NCBI GenBank assembly: GCA_965199955.1 | Contig: CBDATQ010000001.1 | Location: 1,344,001 to 1,408,000 of the forward strand | Length of the DNA: 64,000 nt | Origin: Spirochaetia bacterium | GTDB taxonomy: Bacteria > Spirochaetota > Spirochaetia > SZUA-6 > Bin103 | Direction: 5' to 3' | In this document: one piece after another, positions 50,770 through 61,100 of the stretch | Position numbering within the stretch: position 1 is the stretch's first letter | How the letters are laid out: every line of letters starts with the position of its first letter | The notes under the pieces: generated by a model | What the model was told of the DNA's origin: nothing | Databases searched by the model: none | Seen by the model: the letters and a program-made list of their open reading frames with translations, nothing else | Position numbers and translations under genes: made by a program

Positions 50770-52884
50770 CTATTCGGCGAGGCGGTCGCGGGTGGTGCGC
50801 AGGAAGCGGATGCAGTACTCGTTGATGCTGGCGATGGCGCCGCGGTCGGAGTTGTCGGCGGCGACAGAGGCGTACGCCTGCACCGCCGCGGTGAGGTGGG
50901 CGAGGGCGGCGCTCAGGCCGGCCAGTGCGTCGTCATGGCGGCCCGCGGCTGCGGCGATGCCCGCCTCGCGGGTGGCTGCCACCGCATCCAGATAGCCCAC
51001 CGCGAAGCGAAGCCGCTCCGCGTGGTAGCGCGCGAACGGCGCCCCCGCCGGCCGCGCCACGGCGATCGCTTCACCGACCCGCGCCAATGCAGCGGCATAG
51101 CGCTCGCGCACGTCGTGCAGATCCGCCGACAGCGGCTCGCCCGCCTGCCAGTGCTTCTCCATCATCCCCGGCACCGGGAAGGAGAACCCCATGCCGTGAC
51201 GGTCCAGGTCGTCGGTGATCGCATCGACCTGCTGCCAGGCCGTCACCAAGGGCGCTGCCGCCGCCTCGCCGCAGACGCCCGCGGCCAGCTCCCGGTACGC
51301 CGCCACCGGCGTGCAGTCGGCGTCCCAGCAGGAGCGCGCCATGTAGCGCATCGTCGGGTCCAGGTCGCCGATCATCCAGTGGCGGGTGCTGAACCCGCTC
51401 CAGCCGTCCGTGCGCATGCGCGTGGCGATGGTGTGCAGCGGCCTGGTGGCAAGCTGCGGCAGGACGCCCACGTTGTCGTCGGCCAGCGTGAAGATGAACC
51501 GGCTCGGCATCGCGTCGGGCACGGCGTTGTCCATCACCTCGATGTGGTCCGCGGCGCGCCGCGCCGTGTAGTCGATGAACGCAACCACGCCCGCGCCGGG
51601 CGGCGCGATGCGCGGCAGGATCGGCAGCAGCTCCTCGGCCGGCTGGCCGTACAGGATGCGCGCAGGCGTCGCGTGGCCGGGGCGCTCCAGCACGCTGCGG
51701 TCCTCCAGCACGCAGTCGATCAGCCGCAGCATGGCGATGTCGCCGAGCACCCGTGACTCCTGGCGGCCGGATCCGCCGTGCACGTCGGTGCGGCGCCGCG
51801 CGTTCGCCAGCGCCTGATCCAGCGTCAGGACCTCGGAGATGGCGTACTTTTCGTCCAGGCTGCGCCACGCGTCCTCGGCGCTGTCCAGCCATTCGCGGTG
51901 CTCGGGAAAGCCCAGGAACAGGCGCTCGACGCCGGGGTAGGTATGTAGGTGGGCCGAGATCTTGGTGCGCGCCAGGTCGACGAGGAGGGGGTCATCGGGA
52001 GCCTGGTCGCTGCCCGGGACGCAGGTCTTCTCGGCGAGCTGGCGAGCCACGTGCGCCCCCGGAATGACCGGCATGAACTCCCGCGGATACTCGAGCAGCG
52101 ACAGCGACATGCTGCTGCCGATGCCGCGGGCGGCTGCGTGCTCGATGATCCCCGTGGCGAGGCGGCGGGCGGCGGCGTGGCGTTCGTGGTAGTCGTCGAT
52201 CCCGGCCAAGTCGGGGTTCTCGAACTTGTCCGCCCCGCCGAACAATTCGCGTCCCACGGTATGCTCGTCCACCGGGTAGCGGAACCCGAACCACGAGCAG
52301 CCGGTGCTCTTGGCCACGCCGCGGAACTCGTAGTGGACGAACGACTGCCACGGCCACAGCGACAGCAGGATCTCGTTGAAGGCGTTCTTGGCGAGCTGGT
52401 CGATGAAGCGCCGGTTCTCGGCGAGTCCCCACGACTCGGGGCCGCAGACGAAGTCGTTGATCAGGCGCCAGCAGCGCGTGTCCAGACTCGGGGCGCAGAT
52501 GCGGTCGGCGTCGGGCAGACGCAACGGCCCGGGATCGTCGGGCAACAGGTCTCCGCTCAACAGGAACTGCACGCCCCAGCCGCGCACCAGCTCGTACACC
52601 GCCCACAGGGTGGAGGCCGGGCTGCCGCCGGCGGCCAGCAGGTGATCGCCTCCCCCCGCGCGCGTGAAGCGCCGCAGGGTGTAGGTCTGCGGGTCGTCCG
52701 GCGCCGCCATGCCGGTGCCGTCCGCGTCGAGCCATACGCTCGCGCGTGCCACCTCTTCCGGCGGGCGGGGGTTGACCGATGCGTCAATGCCGAACAGGTC
52801 GCGGGCGTAGCGCGCCAGCTCGGCGGCGGCGAATGCCGTGATGGGTTCGGGATTCGGACCGGTCACGATCTGCAGGTCGGTCAT
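50770..52884 (-). CDS. Hypothetical glycoside hydrolase-like protein (GH20/GH67-type N-terminal domain plus probable TIM barrel)
   Basis: FAAAELARY…YTLRR…AGGSPASTLWAVYEL; IDQLAKNAFN; GGGAGG RBS. Confidence 0.6.
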   Translation of the reverse strand: MTDLQIVTGPNPEPITAFAAAELARYARDLFGIDASVNPRPPEEVARASVWLDADGTGMAAPDDPQTYTLRRFTRAGGGDHLLAAGGSPASTLWAVYELVRGWGVQFLLSGDLLPDDPGPLRLPDADRICAPSLDTRCWRLINDFVCGPESWGLAENRRFIDQLAKNAFNEILLSLWPWQSFVHYEFRGVAKSTGCSWFGFRYPVDEHTVGRELFGGADKFENPDLAGIDDYHERHAAARRLATGIIEHAAARGIGSSMSLSLLEYPREFMPVIPGAHVARQLAEKTCVPGSDQAPDDPLLVDLARTKISAHLHTYPGVERLFLGFPEHREWLDSAEDAWRSLDEKYAISEVLTLDQALANARRRTDVHGGSGRQESRVLGDIAMLRLIDCVLEDRSVLERPGHATPARILYGQPAEELLPILPRIAPPGAGVVAFIDYTARRAADHIEVMDNAVPDAMPSRFIFTLADDNVGVLPQLATRPLHTIATRMRTDGWSGFSTRHWMIGDLDPTMRYMARSCWDADCTPVAAYRELAAGVCGEAAAAPLVTAWQQVDAITDDLDRHGMGFSFPVPGMMEKHWQAGEPLSADLHDVRERYAAALARVGEAIAVARPAGAPFARYHAERLRFAVGYLDAVAATREAGIAAAAGRHDDALAGLSAALAHLTAAVQAYASVAADNSDRGAIASINEYCIRFLRTTRDRLAE

Positions 52885-52918
52885 GGCATCACCTCCCGCG
52901 GGGGCTCTCTTGGCACAG

Positions 52919-52938
52919 ACTATACCCAACTGCAGTTG
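52919..52938 (-). promoter_or_regulatory. -10 box (TATAGT) with an adjacent perfect 12-bp palindrome
   Basis: CAACTGCAGTTG at 52927-52938. Confidence 0.5.
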
Positions 52939-53016
52939 CGCGTACGTGATGGATGGGGCGGAGGGTGAGTCCGCGTGACGTCTTGTCACTATAGCGTCAC
53001 GTCACTACGCTGGTTA

Positions 53017-53408
53017 CTGGCGCGCCTGCGGCGAGACGGCTTCGTCTCCCTCGGCGCCAACCCGGTGAGCGAGGGAGTGCTGGTAACGCAGCCGTTGTTG
53101 TCGTGGGGGGACACCGTGGTGATCAACGCCGCGTGCCGCGGGCACGGCTTCCTGCGGGCCGAGATCCTGGATGAGGCGGGCGCGGTGATCCCCGGCTATG
53201 CCGCCGAGGAGTGCGAGCCGTTCCGCGGCGACGCCGTGGAGCACGTGCTGCGCTGGAACGGCCGCGCGGAGTTGCGCGGCCGGGCAGGGGCGGGACAGGG
53301 GGAAGGGGAGGCAGAGCGCCCCGCTTCCGGCGCATCCGCTTCCTGCTGCGCGACGCGGACCTGTACTCGTTTCGCCTGCGCGGCGGCGCCGGGTCCTTGT
53401 CGTGGTGA
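53017..53408 (+). pseudogene. Orphan C-terminal domain of the beta-propeller family
   Basis: LARLRRDGFVSL…LRAEILD…IPGY…IRFLLRDADLYSFR. Confidence 0.75.
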
Positions 53409-53487
53409 CGGAGCGCGTCGGATTGCCGACGTGGCGCCGATAAGACAGAATCCTTCGCGAGCGGCCCGCGCCCGAGGAGGATCGGCG

Positions 53488-54669
53488 ATGAATCGACCCA
53501 AGAGCAGTGATCAGCTTCCGGCCACGCCGTCGCGCGAGGACCTCGCGTGGCGTGACCATTGGGTGATGCAGCACGACGGCTCCGGAGGCCAGATCGGCCA
53601 CCCGGCGGCGTTCCGGTTCCTGCCATGGCACGGCGACCGCCCCGTGTTTCCGTGGGGCTTGGCGGTACTGGACAACGACAGATGGGCGGTGGCCGGCGTG
53701 GCCGGCTCCATGACGCTGGCGCAGACCAATCAGACCGTGATCGGCCTGAGCGAAGATCAGGGCGCGAGCTGGGACTACGTCGAGGTGCCCGGCTGCTCGA
53801 CCCGGCCGATGATGCTGTCCAACCTGGGCTCGGGCGTCATCAGCTTCATGTCGAGCTGGTCGGACGAGGGCAACTTCCGCTACTACAGCCACGACCACGG
53901 CGCCACCTGGGAGCGGGGCGACCGGCTGCCGGAGGCCCCCGACGGCACGCAGATGGACTGCGAGGGCAACGCCCTGATCGACCGCGACGCCGCCGGCAAC
54001 GCCACGGTGGTGGCGGAAACCGGGCAGACGGTGTCCAAGGGGCCGCTGCCGCAGAATCCTTGCTGCGGCTGCATCCGCTGGTCTCGCGACGGCGGCCGTA
54101 CCTGGGGACCGGTGAGCTGGCCTCAGGAGTGGGTCTGGTACGACGAGTGCGACCGCGAACGCGTGGAGCGCGGGGTAGGCGAGGGCGCCTTGGTACGCGC
54201 CGCCAACGGGTCCGTCGTCGCCGCCGTGCGCACCGACATGCCGGCGCAGTACATCCCCCTGCACTACGACAACTTCGAGGGCACCGCGGTGTCGATCAGC
54301 CACGACGAAGGCGCGACCTGGAGTCCGCTGGACTTCGTGTTCGGCCCCGGCCGCCATCACGTCACGCTGCTGCGGCTGCCCAACGACGACCTGGTGCTCA
54401 CCGTGATCCGCCGCCTCGACTTCGGAGCCGGCGACCTGGCCACCTACCGGCGCGGCTGCGACGCCGTCGTCAGCCACGACCACGGGGTCACCTGGGACGT
54501 CGAGCACCGCTACGTCGTGGACGACTTCGCCGCGCTCGGCACAGAAGAGTGGTACCACGTGGCGTGCGGCCACCAGTTCTCGGTCTCGGTGGGCGACGGC
54601 TCGGTCCTCAGCGCGTACGGCAACTACCGCAACGCCGGCGCCCTGGTCCGCTGGCGGCCGGCCGGATAG
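53488..54669 (+). CDS. BNR/Asp-box sialidase-like protein
   Basis: SEDQGASW, SHDHGATW, SRDGGRTW, SHDEGATW, SHDHGVTW; GAGGAGG RBS. Confidence 0.85.
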   Translation: MNRPKSSDQLPATPSREDLAWRDHWVMQHDGSGGQIGHPAAFRFLPWHGDRPVFPWGLAVLDNDRWAVAGVAGSMTLAQTNQTVIGLSEDQGASWDYVEVPGCSTRPMMLSNLGSGVISFMSSWSDEGNFRYYSHDHGATWERGDRLPEAPDGTQMDCEGNALIDRDAAGNATVVAETGQTVSKGPLPQNPCCGCIRWSRDGGRTWGPVSWPQEWVWYDECDRERVERGVGEGALVRAANGSVVAAVRTDMPAQYIPLHYDNFEGTAVSISHDEGATWSPLDFVFGPGRHHVTLLRLPNDDLVLTVIRRLDFGAGDLATYRRGCDAVVSHDHGVTWDVEHRYVVDDFAALGTEEWYHVACGHQFSVSVGDGSVLSAYGNYRNAGALVRWRPAG

Positions 54670-54670
54670 C

Positions 54671-55084
54671 TCAGTACGTCCGACGGCGCCAGGGGACCGC
54701 GATCGCAGTCGCCACCAGAATCACGCCCAGGCCCCCCTGCAGCAGGTCCACGAGCCGGAACGCGTCGATGAAGCGGTCGCCGAGAGAGCGTGCCACAGGG
54801 AGGTAGACCAGCAGCCGGGCCGGCAGGTAGGCGAGGACTGCCAGTCCCTCCCAGAGCGTCACCTTCAGCACGGCCGTGCGCAGCCGGCCCTCCCGCGCCG
54901 CCCGGCTGTACGCGAACCAGATCGTGAGGACGGCGATCAGCTCGCCGAGCCCCAGCAGATAGGTCGCCACCGACGCGAACAGCGCGCGCGCGCCGGTCCA
55001 CAGCTCGACGCCGGTGGCGGCCAAGTCCAGGAACTGCAGGAAGATCACTCCGGACACCACGATGGAGAGTAGCGCCGCGGCCAT
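54671..55084 (-). CDS. Small four-helix membrane protein, function unknown
   Basis: Four hydrophobic stretches; fills the gap between genes. Confidence 0.6.
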   Translation of the reverse strand: MAAALLSIVVSGVIFLQFLDLAATGVELWTGARALFASVATYLLGLGELIAVLTIWFAYSRAAREGRLRTAVLKVTLWEGLAVLAYLPARLLVYLPVARSLGDRFIDAFRLVDLLQGGLGVILVATAIAVPWRRRTY

Positions 55085-55154
55085 TCGTGCCGCTGTCTGC
55101 CGGGGCGATGGCTTGTTGCGGCGGCCTGGCGCCCGGCCGCTCGGTCGGCGGTCG

Positions 55155-56414
55155 TCAGCCGTAGAACCAGTCCAGCGGATAGCTGCGGATCACCGACTCC
55201 CGCGGCTTGCCGGCCTCGTCCCTGCCGCGTTCGCCCAGAGTGTTTGCCTGCCGCGCCGTGGGACCGGAGTCGACCCACGAACGGTGGTAGATCAGGAATA
55301 CCCGGTCGCCGGCAAAGCACACGTTGGGGTAGTCGAAGGTGGCGAAGTCGTCCGGCAGCGTGCCGACGTCCGGCAGCCCGATCACGGGGATGATCGGGGA
55401 CTCCGGGGCGATCTGGTCCACGTCCGCCAGGCCGGCTGACACCTCGATGGTCCTGAATTGCTCCCAGGACTCGCCCGAATCGCGCGAGATCGCACACGAC
55501 AGCCGGCCGCGTCGGTAGCCGCGGCGGATCTCCTCGCGCGACACCTGGTTCCAGACGCAGATCAGGTCGCCGGTGGCGGGGATGCGGCGCAGGCGCGGCG
55601 GCGAGTAGGAGGCGGCCAGCTCGGTCGGCCGCACCGCCGTCCAGCGTTCGCCGCCGTCGCTCGAGTAGCTGGCGACGATGCGGCCCACCGTGGACCGCGC
55701 GAAGAACAGCAGGCGGCCGTCGGCCGTCTCGGCCACGCTCGGCTCGTCGCAGGCGGTCACGCCGCCGTAGCCATTGGCGATCCCGTGCTCGTCGAACCAC
55801 CCCATGAGCGGCTGCGCGCGCTGCCACGTGCGCCCCCCGTCCTCTGACCGGCTCACCGCGGCGATATCGATCTCCGGGTAGTGGTAGTGGCCGGAGACCT
55901 GCAGCCGGAGCCCCTTCCACGTGCCCCAGGTGCTGATCTTGCGGTACTCCAGGCCCGGGTGGTCGTCGTTGCCGTAGCACTCGCGGCTGGGCAGCACCAG
56001 CATGCCGTCGCCGGTCTCGATGAGCGCGTCGTGGTACGGCGTCCCCAGCGCATCGACAAAGGAGTGCTGCCGCCACGTGCGGCCGTCGTCCTCCGACAGC
56101 ATCAGCCGGAAGCGCTGCTGGTCATCGTGGTAGAGCAGCGCGAGCGGCCCGGACTGCAGCCGGATGCACCCGAATCCGTACCAGCGGCCCACGTCCGGCA
56201 GCTCCAGCTCCTGAGGCTCCCCCCAGGTGGCGCCGCCGTCGCGGGAGCGCAGCAGCCGGCCGCCGGCCAGCACACCCAGGGCGCCGTCGCGGAGCGGCAC
56301 CAGCGCGCTCGCCTCGCCGACCGTGACGCCGCTCGCCTCGATCACGCCTTCCGGCACCGGCTTGCGGAACTCCGGCCGCCCCGGCTGATGCTCCTGGGAT
56401 CCCGAGTCGCTCAT
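55155..56414 (-). CDS. BNR/Asp-box sialidase-like protein
   Basis: SRDGGATW, SEDDGRTW, SEDGGRTW, SSDGGERW, SRDSGESW, DEP, FDYP. Confidence 0.88.
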   Translation of the reverse strand: MSDSGSQEHQPGRPEFRKPVPEGVIEASGVTVGEASALVPLRDGALGVLAGGRLLRSRDGGATWGEPQELELPDVGRWYGFGCIRLQSGPLALLYHDDQQRFRLMLSEDDGRTWRQHSFVDALGTPYHDALIETGDGMLVLPSRECYGNDDHPGLEYRKISTWGTWKGLRLQVSGHYHYPEIDIAAVSRSEDGGRTWQRAQPLMGWFDEHGIANGYGGVTACDEPSVAETADGRLLFFARSTVGRIVASYSSDGGERWTAVRPTELAASYSPPRLRRIPATGDLICVWNQVSREEIRRGYRRGRLSCAISRDSGESWEQFRTIEVSAGLADVDQIAPESPIIPVIGLPDVGTLPDDFATFDYPNVCFAGDRVFLIYHRSWVDSGPTARQANTLGERGRDEAGKPRESVIRSYPLDWFYG

Positions 56415-56569
56415 GCGAACCTCCTCGCTGGCCGGATTGCCCGCGGCGGCGCCGGCCGGCCGCTCCCGATTCTATCACCGGAGCGACTCGGCTCCGCGAG
56501 GAAGGTTGAACAGCGGGCCGCGCTGGGCGACACTGGCGCAAGCCGGCACCGGCGGGCGGACACACCCCG

Positions 56570-57562
56570 ATGGTCACTTTCATCATCCGGAGAATCGCTA
56601 CCGTCATCCCGACCCTGCTCATGATCTCGATGCTGGTGTTCGGGGCGATCGAGCTGGTCCCGGGCACGTTCGTTGACATCCTGATCGCGCAGCAGATCGC
56701 GGACACCGGCGAGGCGGAATTGAGCGAGGGCCAGATCCGGCTGCTGGAACGGCAGTACGGTTACGGCAAGCCGATCTACGTGCGCTGGTGGAAGTGGTTC
56801 AGCCGTTTCGTGCAGGGAGACTTCGGCCGCTCCTACGCCTACGGCCACCGGCCCGTGGCGCAGCTCATCACCGAGCGCATGGCGCTCACCGTCCTCCTCT
56901 CCCTGTGCAGCATCGTCTTCTCCTACTTGGTGGCTCTGCCGATCGGGATCTATTCGGCGGTGCGCCAGTACACGTTGGGCGACAACGTCTTCACGGTGAT
57001 CAGCTTCCTCGGCCTGAGCATCCCCAACTTCCTGCTCGCCCTGATACTGATCGTGATCAGCTTCTTCCAGTTCAATCAGATCCCGGGCGGGTTGTTCTCG
57101 TCCGAGTACGCCGCCGCTCCCTGGAGCCTGGGCAAGGTGCTCGACCTGCTGGCGCACCTGTGGGTGCCGGTGGTGGTGCTCGGCACCGCGGGGATGGCCA
57201 GCACCATGCGCATACTGCGCGGCAACCTGCTGGACCAGTTGCGCCGCCCGTACGTGGACACCGCCCGCGCCAAGGGGCTGCGCGAGCGCATCGTGGTGCT
57301 CAAGTACCCGCTGCGGATCGCTCTCAACCCGTTCATCACCGGCATCGGCTTCGCGTTTCCGGCGGTGGTCGGCGGCGAGCTGATCGTGTCGATCGTGCTC
57401 AACCTGCCGACCACGGGACCGCTGTTGTTCGACGCGGTGAAGCACCACGACGCGTTCCTGGCCGGCGCCATGGTGATGCTGCTCTCCACCCTGCTGGTGG
57501 TGGGCAACCTGGTGGCGGACCTGACGCTGGCGTGGGTGGACCCGCGCATCAGGTACGAGTGA
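56570..57562 (+). CDS. dppB: Peptide/nickel-family ABC permease (DppB/OppB-like)
   Basis: GDFGRS, YVDTARAKGL, DPRIRY. Confidence 0.93.
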   Translation: MVTFIIRRIATVIPTLLMISMLVFGAIELVPGTFVDILIAQQIADTGEAELSEGQIRLLERQYGYGKPIYVRWWKWFSRFVQGDFGRSYAYGHRPVAQLITERMALTVLLSLCSIVFSYLVALPIGIYSAVRQYTLGDNVFTVISFLGLSIPNFLLALILIVISFFQFNQIPGGLFSSEYAAAPWSLGKVLDLLAHLWVPVVVLGTAGMASTMRILRGNLLDQLRRPYVDTARAKGLRERIVVLKYPLRIALNPFITGIGFAFPAVVGGELIVSIVLNLPTTGPLLFDAVKHHDAFLAGAMVMLLSTLLVVGNLVADLTLAWVDPRIRYE

Positions 57563-58701
57563 TGAGCGCGGCCGAGGCGGGCGTGGCTGCCGGACACGGC
57601 GGCGACCCGCCGATCAAGGGACGGAGCATCGGCTCCATCATGCGCCTCAAGTACCGCCGCAACCGGCTGGCCATGATCGGCCTGTGGACGCTGATCGTGC
57701 TGTACGCGCTCACCATGCTGTGCGAGTTCTTCGCACCCTACACCCTGGACGACAACGCCAAGGGCTTCGAGAACCACCCGCCCACGCGCATCCGTTTCTT
57801 CGACCTCGACGGGCGGTTCCACCTGCATCCGTTCGTCTACGGCACCACCCGCACCCTGGACATGACCACCTTCAAGACGCACTGGACGCCCAACCCCGAC
57901 GAGCGGTTTCCCGTCCACCTGTTCGTGCGCGGGGCCAGCGACTATCCGGTGCTGGGGTTCCTGCCGTTCCGCTCGAGCGTGCGCTTCTTCGGCGTCAAGG
58001 AGGGGCGGATGTTCCTGTTCGGTACCGACAAGTGGGGCCGCGACATGCTCTCGCGCATCCTCTACGGCGGCCGCGTGTCGCTGACCATCGGCTGGGCCGG
58101 GGTGATGATCAGCCTGGTCCTGGGCATCCTCATCGGCGCGCTGTCCGGCTACTTCGCTGGGGCGGTGGACCTTGTGGTGCAGCGCGTGATCGAGGTGTTG
58201 ATCTCGGTGCCCTCGCTGCCGCTGTGGATCCTGCTGGCCTCCGCGCTGCCCAAGGAGTGGACCCCGCTGCAGGTCTACTTCGGCCTCGTCGTGATCCTGT
58301 CGTTCATCGGCTGGACCGGGCTGGCACGGGTGGTGCGCGGCATGATCCTCTCGCACCGCGAGACCCAGTACATCCTGGCGGCGCGCAACATCGGCGCCGG
58401 CACCGGGCGCATCATGGCGCTGCACCTGGTCCCGAACATCTCCAGCTACCTGCTGGTGAACCTCACCCTGGCCATCCCCGGCATGATCCTGGCCGAGACC
58501 AGCCTGAGCTTCCTGGGGTTGGGCATCCGCTCACCCATGACGAGCTGGGGTGTCATGCTGGAAGAGGCTCAGAACGTCAACAACCTGGTCAACAACCCCT
58601 GGTACCTGATCCCGGCGCTGTTCGTGGTGGCGGCGATCCTGGCGTTCAACTTCGTCGGCGACGGCCTGCGCGACGCCGCCGACCCCTTCAGCAGCAACTG
58701 A
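57562..58701 (+). CDS. dppC: Peptide/nickel-family ABC permease (DppC/OppC-like)
   Basis: GTDKWGRD, ETSLSFLGLG, GDGLRDAADP. Confidence 0.93.
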   Translation: MSAAEAGVAAGHGGDPPIKGRSIGSIMRLKYRRNRLAMIGLWTLIVLYALTMLCEFFAPYTLDDNAKGFENHPPTRIRFFDLDGRFHLHPFVYGTTRTLDMTTFKTHWTPNPDERFPVHLFVRGASDYPVLGFLPFRSSVRFFGVKEGRMFLFGTDKWGRDMLSRILYGGRVSLTIGWAGVMISLVLGILIGALSGYFAGAVDLVVQRVIEVLISVPSLPLWILLASALPKEWTPLQVYFGLVVILSFIGWTGLARVVRGMILSHRETQYILAARNIGAGTGRIMALHLVPNISSYLLVNLTLAIPGMILAETSLSFLGLGIRSPMTSWGVMLEEAQNVNNLVNNPWYLIPALFVVAAILAFNFVGDGLRDAADPFSSN

Positions 58702-58719
58702 ACGCCGGGCTCGGGCCGA

Positions 58720-59809
58720 TCAGTCGTAGCCGGCCCACGGCGTGGCGGCTTCCGCCGCGCTCTGCTCGCGTCCGGTCACGTCACCGCCGAGCCACCGGTA
58801 GGGGCGTGGGCGCAGGGTGAAGGTGCGATCGGCCAGCGGCAGCGCGACCGGTACCGAACCGCCGGCGGCGGACTGCTTGGCGGCGATCGCAACCTCCAGC
58901 GCCTGGCGCAGGTCGTGCCCGGAGATCCACAGCTCGCTGCCGGTACGGACCGCGTCCAGAAAGGAGCCGATGGAGGTGCCGAGGTAGCCGAACCGCGGAT
59001 AGGCGGCCGGCGTGAAGGGGCGGTCCAGTGGGAGGCGGCGGCCGGACGCGTCGCGGCCGGCATACACCGTGGTAGCTTCCCAGTCCCAGCGGATCAGCGT
59101 CCGCTCCGTCCACACGTCCACCCCTTTCTGCGGCGTCTCCGCGCCGAATACCGGCACTGTCAGGCCGTCGCTCATCGTGAAGCGGCCGTTGATGATCAGT
59201 CCTTCCTCGTCCTCGCCCGTCGGCCAGCTTGTGCTCAGGCGTGCCCCACGCCACCACCTCGGCGACCTCCGTGCCCGTGAGCAGCCGCAGCACCGAAATG
59301 TGCTGGCAGCCGCCGCCGGAGATCTCGCCGCCGCTTCCCCAGCGGTGAACGGCCGCTCCGGTGACCGGACCGAACTCGCCGGCGTGGAGCCATGCTGCCG
59401 CTTCCTGCACGTCGGCGCGGGCACGCTGCAGGTTGCCGCCGCCGAACACGATGCCGGCGTCACGGCAGGCGTCCACCATGGTGTCGGCGTCGGCCAGGGT
59501 GGCGGCGATCGGCTTGTCGGTGGTGACCCCGCGCACGCCGGCGGCGACGGCCGCAAGCACCGCGTCCTTGATGTAGCGCACCGGCAGCACCAGAGCCGCC
59601 ACGTCCGGCACCACCTCCGCGAACAGCGAGCGCGCGTCGGCGAACAGCCGGGTCACGCCGAAGCGCTCCCCCACCACCCGGCGCCGCTCCGGGTTGGCCT
59701 CGGCGATGGCGACCAGCGTCGTGTCGGGGCGGGCGGCGTACACGGCCGCGTAATGCTGCCCCAGGCGGCCGCAGCCGATCACGGCAACGGTAAGCGAGTC
59801 AGATCCCAT
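58720..59809 (-). CDS. Gfo/Idh/MocA oxidoreductase; frameshift near 59220
   Basis: IGCGRLG, DKPIA; the C-half (…RQALEVAIAAKQSA) lies in an adjacent frame. Confidence 0.85.
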
Positions 59810-59890
59810 GGGCGGCGATCATACCGCGCGGCGCAGGGGCGCGCCGACGAGGCGTCGATCGGCTACCGTACCAATCAGGAAGGCAGAGCG

Positions 59891-61078
59891 ATGAAGATCA
59901 CCGCGGTACGGACGTACAAGTTCAGTGTCGCCACCGGGCAGCAGGTCCGCGACCCGGTGACGGGGGAGGCGATCGCCAGCACCGAGAAGGGATGGCTGCT
60001 GCTGAAGCTGGAGACCGATGACGGCATGAGCGGCTGGGGCGACGGGACGGCCGAGTGGCTGATCGAGCCGGTGGAAGCGCAGATCCACGCCTGGCGCGAG
60101 CTGCTGCTCGGCGCCGACCCGCTGCACGTGATCGCCCTCACCGAGGACCTGACCGACCGGGTGCCCTGGAAGGGGGGAGCGGTGTACGGCACCGCCGCCG
60201 CGGCGGTGAACATGGCGCTGTACGACCTGGCCGGCAAGGCGTGGGGCGTGCCGGTGAGCACCGTGCTCGGCGGGCGGCGCCGCGAGCGGGTGCGCGTGTA
60301 CTCGAACGGGGGCAGCTTCGCCAACCCCGACGAAGCCGCCGCCACCGCCGTCGCCGCTCAGCGGAAGGGCTACGCCGGGATCAAGGGCAATCCCCTGGAG
60401 ACCCGCGCCACGCCGCTGGATCGGGCCGCCGTCGAGCACTCGGTGGCCTGCGCCCGGGCGATGCGCGAGGCGGCCGGCCCCGAGCTGGAGATCCTGCTCG
60501 ACACCCACGGCAGCCCGGTGCCGGAGCTGGCCATCGCCTTCGCCCATGCGGTCGCGCCGGTGCGCCCGCTGTTCATCGAGGAGCCGGTCAAGGCGGGCTC
60601 GGTCGCGGCGCTGGCCGAGGTAAGCGCGCGCAGCCCGGTGCCGATCGCCACCGGCGAGAAGCTGTTCACCGTGGCGCAGTTCAGGGAGCTGATCGACCGC
60701 CGGGCGTGCGCCATCCTGCAGCCCGACATCACCGAGTGCTTCGGCATTCACCAGATGCTTGTGATCGCGCGGCTGGCGGACGAGCAGCAGATGCTGATGG
60801 CGCCGCACAACGTCTGCGGCCCGGTGGGCCACGCGGCGGTCATGCACGCCGACGCGGCGATGCCCAACTTCCTGATCCAGGAGACCACGGCCAGCTTCTT
60901 CGAGCAGTTCGATCGCTTCGCAGAGCATCCGTTCCGCGTTGCGGAGGGTTACATGAACATCCCCGACGAGCCCGGTCTCGGGGTCACGGTCAAGGAAGCC
61001 GACATTGCGGACCTTTCTTACCGACCGACCGCGTTCCGCCAGTACCGCCATGCCGACGGGAGCTGGAAGGGCTGGTAG
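59891..61078 (+). CDS. Mandelate racemase/galactonate dehydratase-like enzyme
   Basis: ALYDLAGK, LLDTHG, FIEEP, ATGEK, LQPD, APHN. Confidence 0.9.
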   Translation: MKITAVRTYKFSVATGQQVRDPVTGEAIASTEKGWLLLKLETDDGMSGWGDGTAEWLIEPVEAQIHAWRELLLGADPLHVIALTEDLTDRVPWKGGAVYGTAAAAVNMALYDLAGKAWGVPVSTVLGGRRRERVRVYSNGGSFANPDEAAATAVAAQRKGYAGIKGNPLETRATPLDRAAVEHSVACARAMREAAGPELEILLDTHGSPVPELAIAFAHAVAPVRPLFIEEPVKAGSVAALAEVSARSPVPIATGEKLFTVAQFRELIDRRACAILQPDITECFGIHQMLVIARLADEQQMLMAPHNVCGPVGHAAVMHADAAMPNFLIQETTASFFEQFDRFAEHPFRVAEGYMNIPDEPGLGVTVKEADIADLSYRPTAFRQYRHADGSWKGW

Positions 61079-61100
61079 GTGCCGCTCTCCTGGGCCGCCG

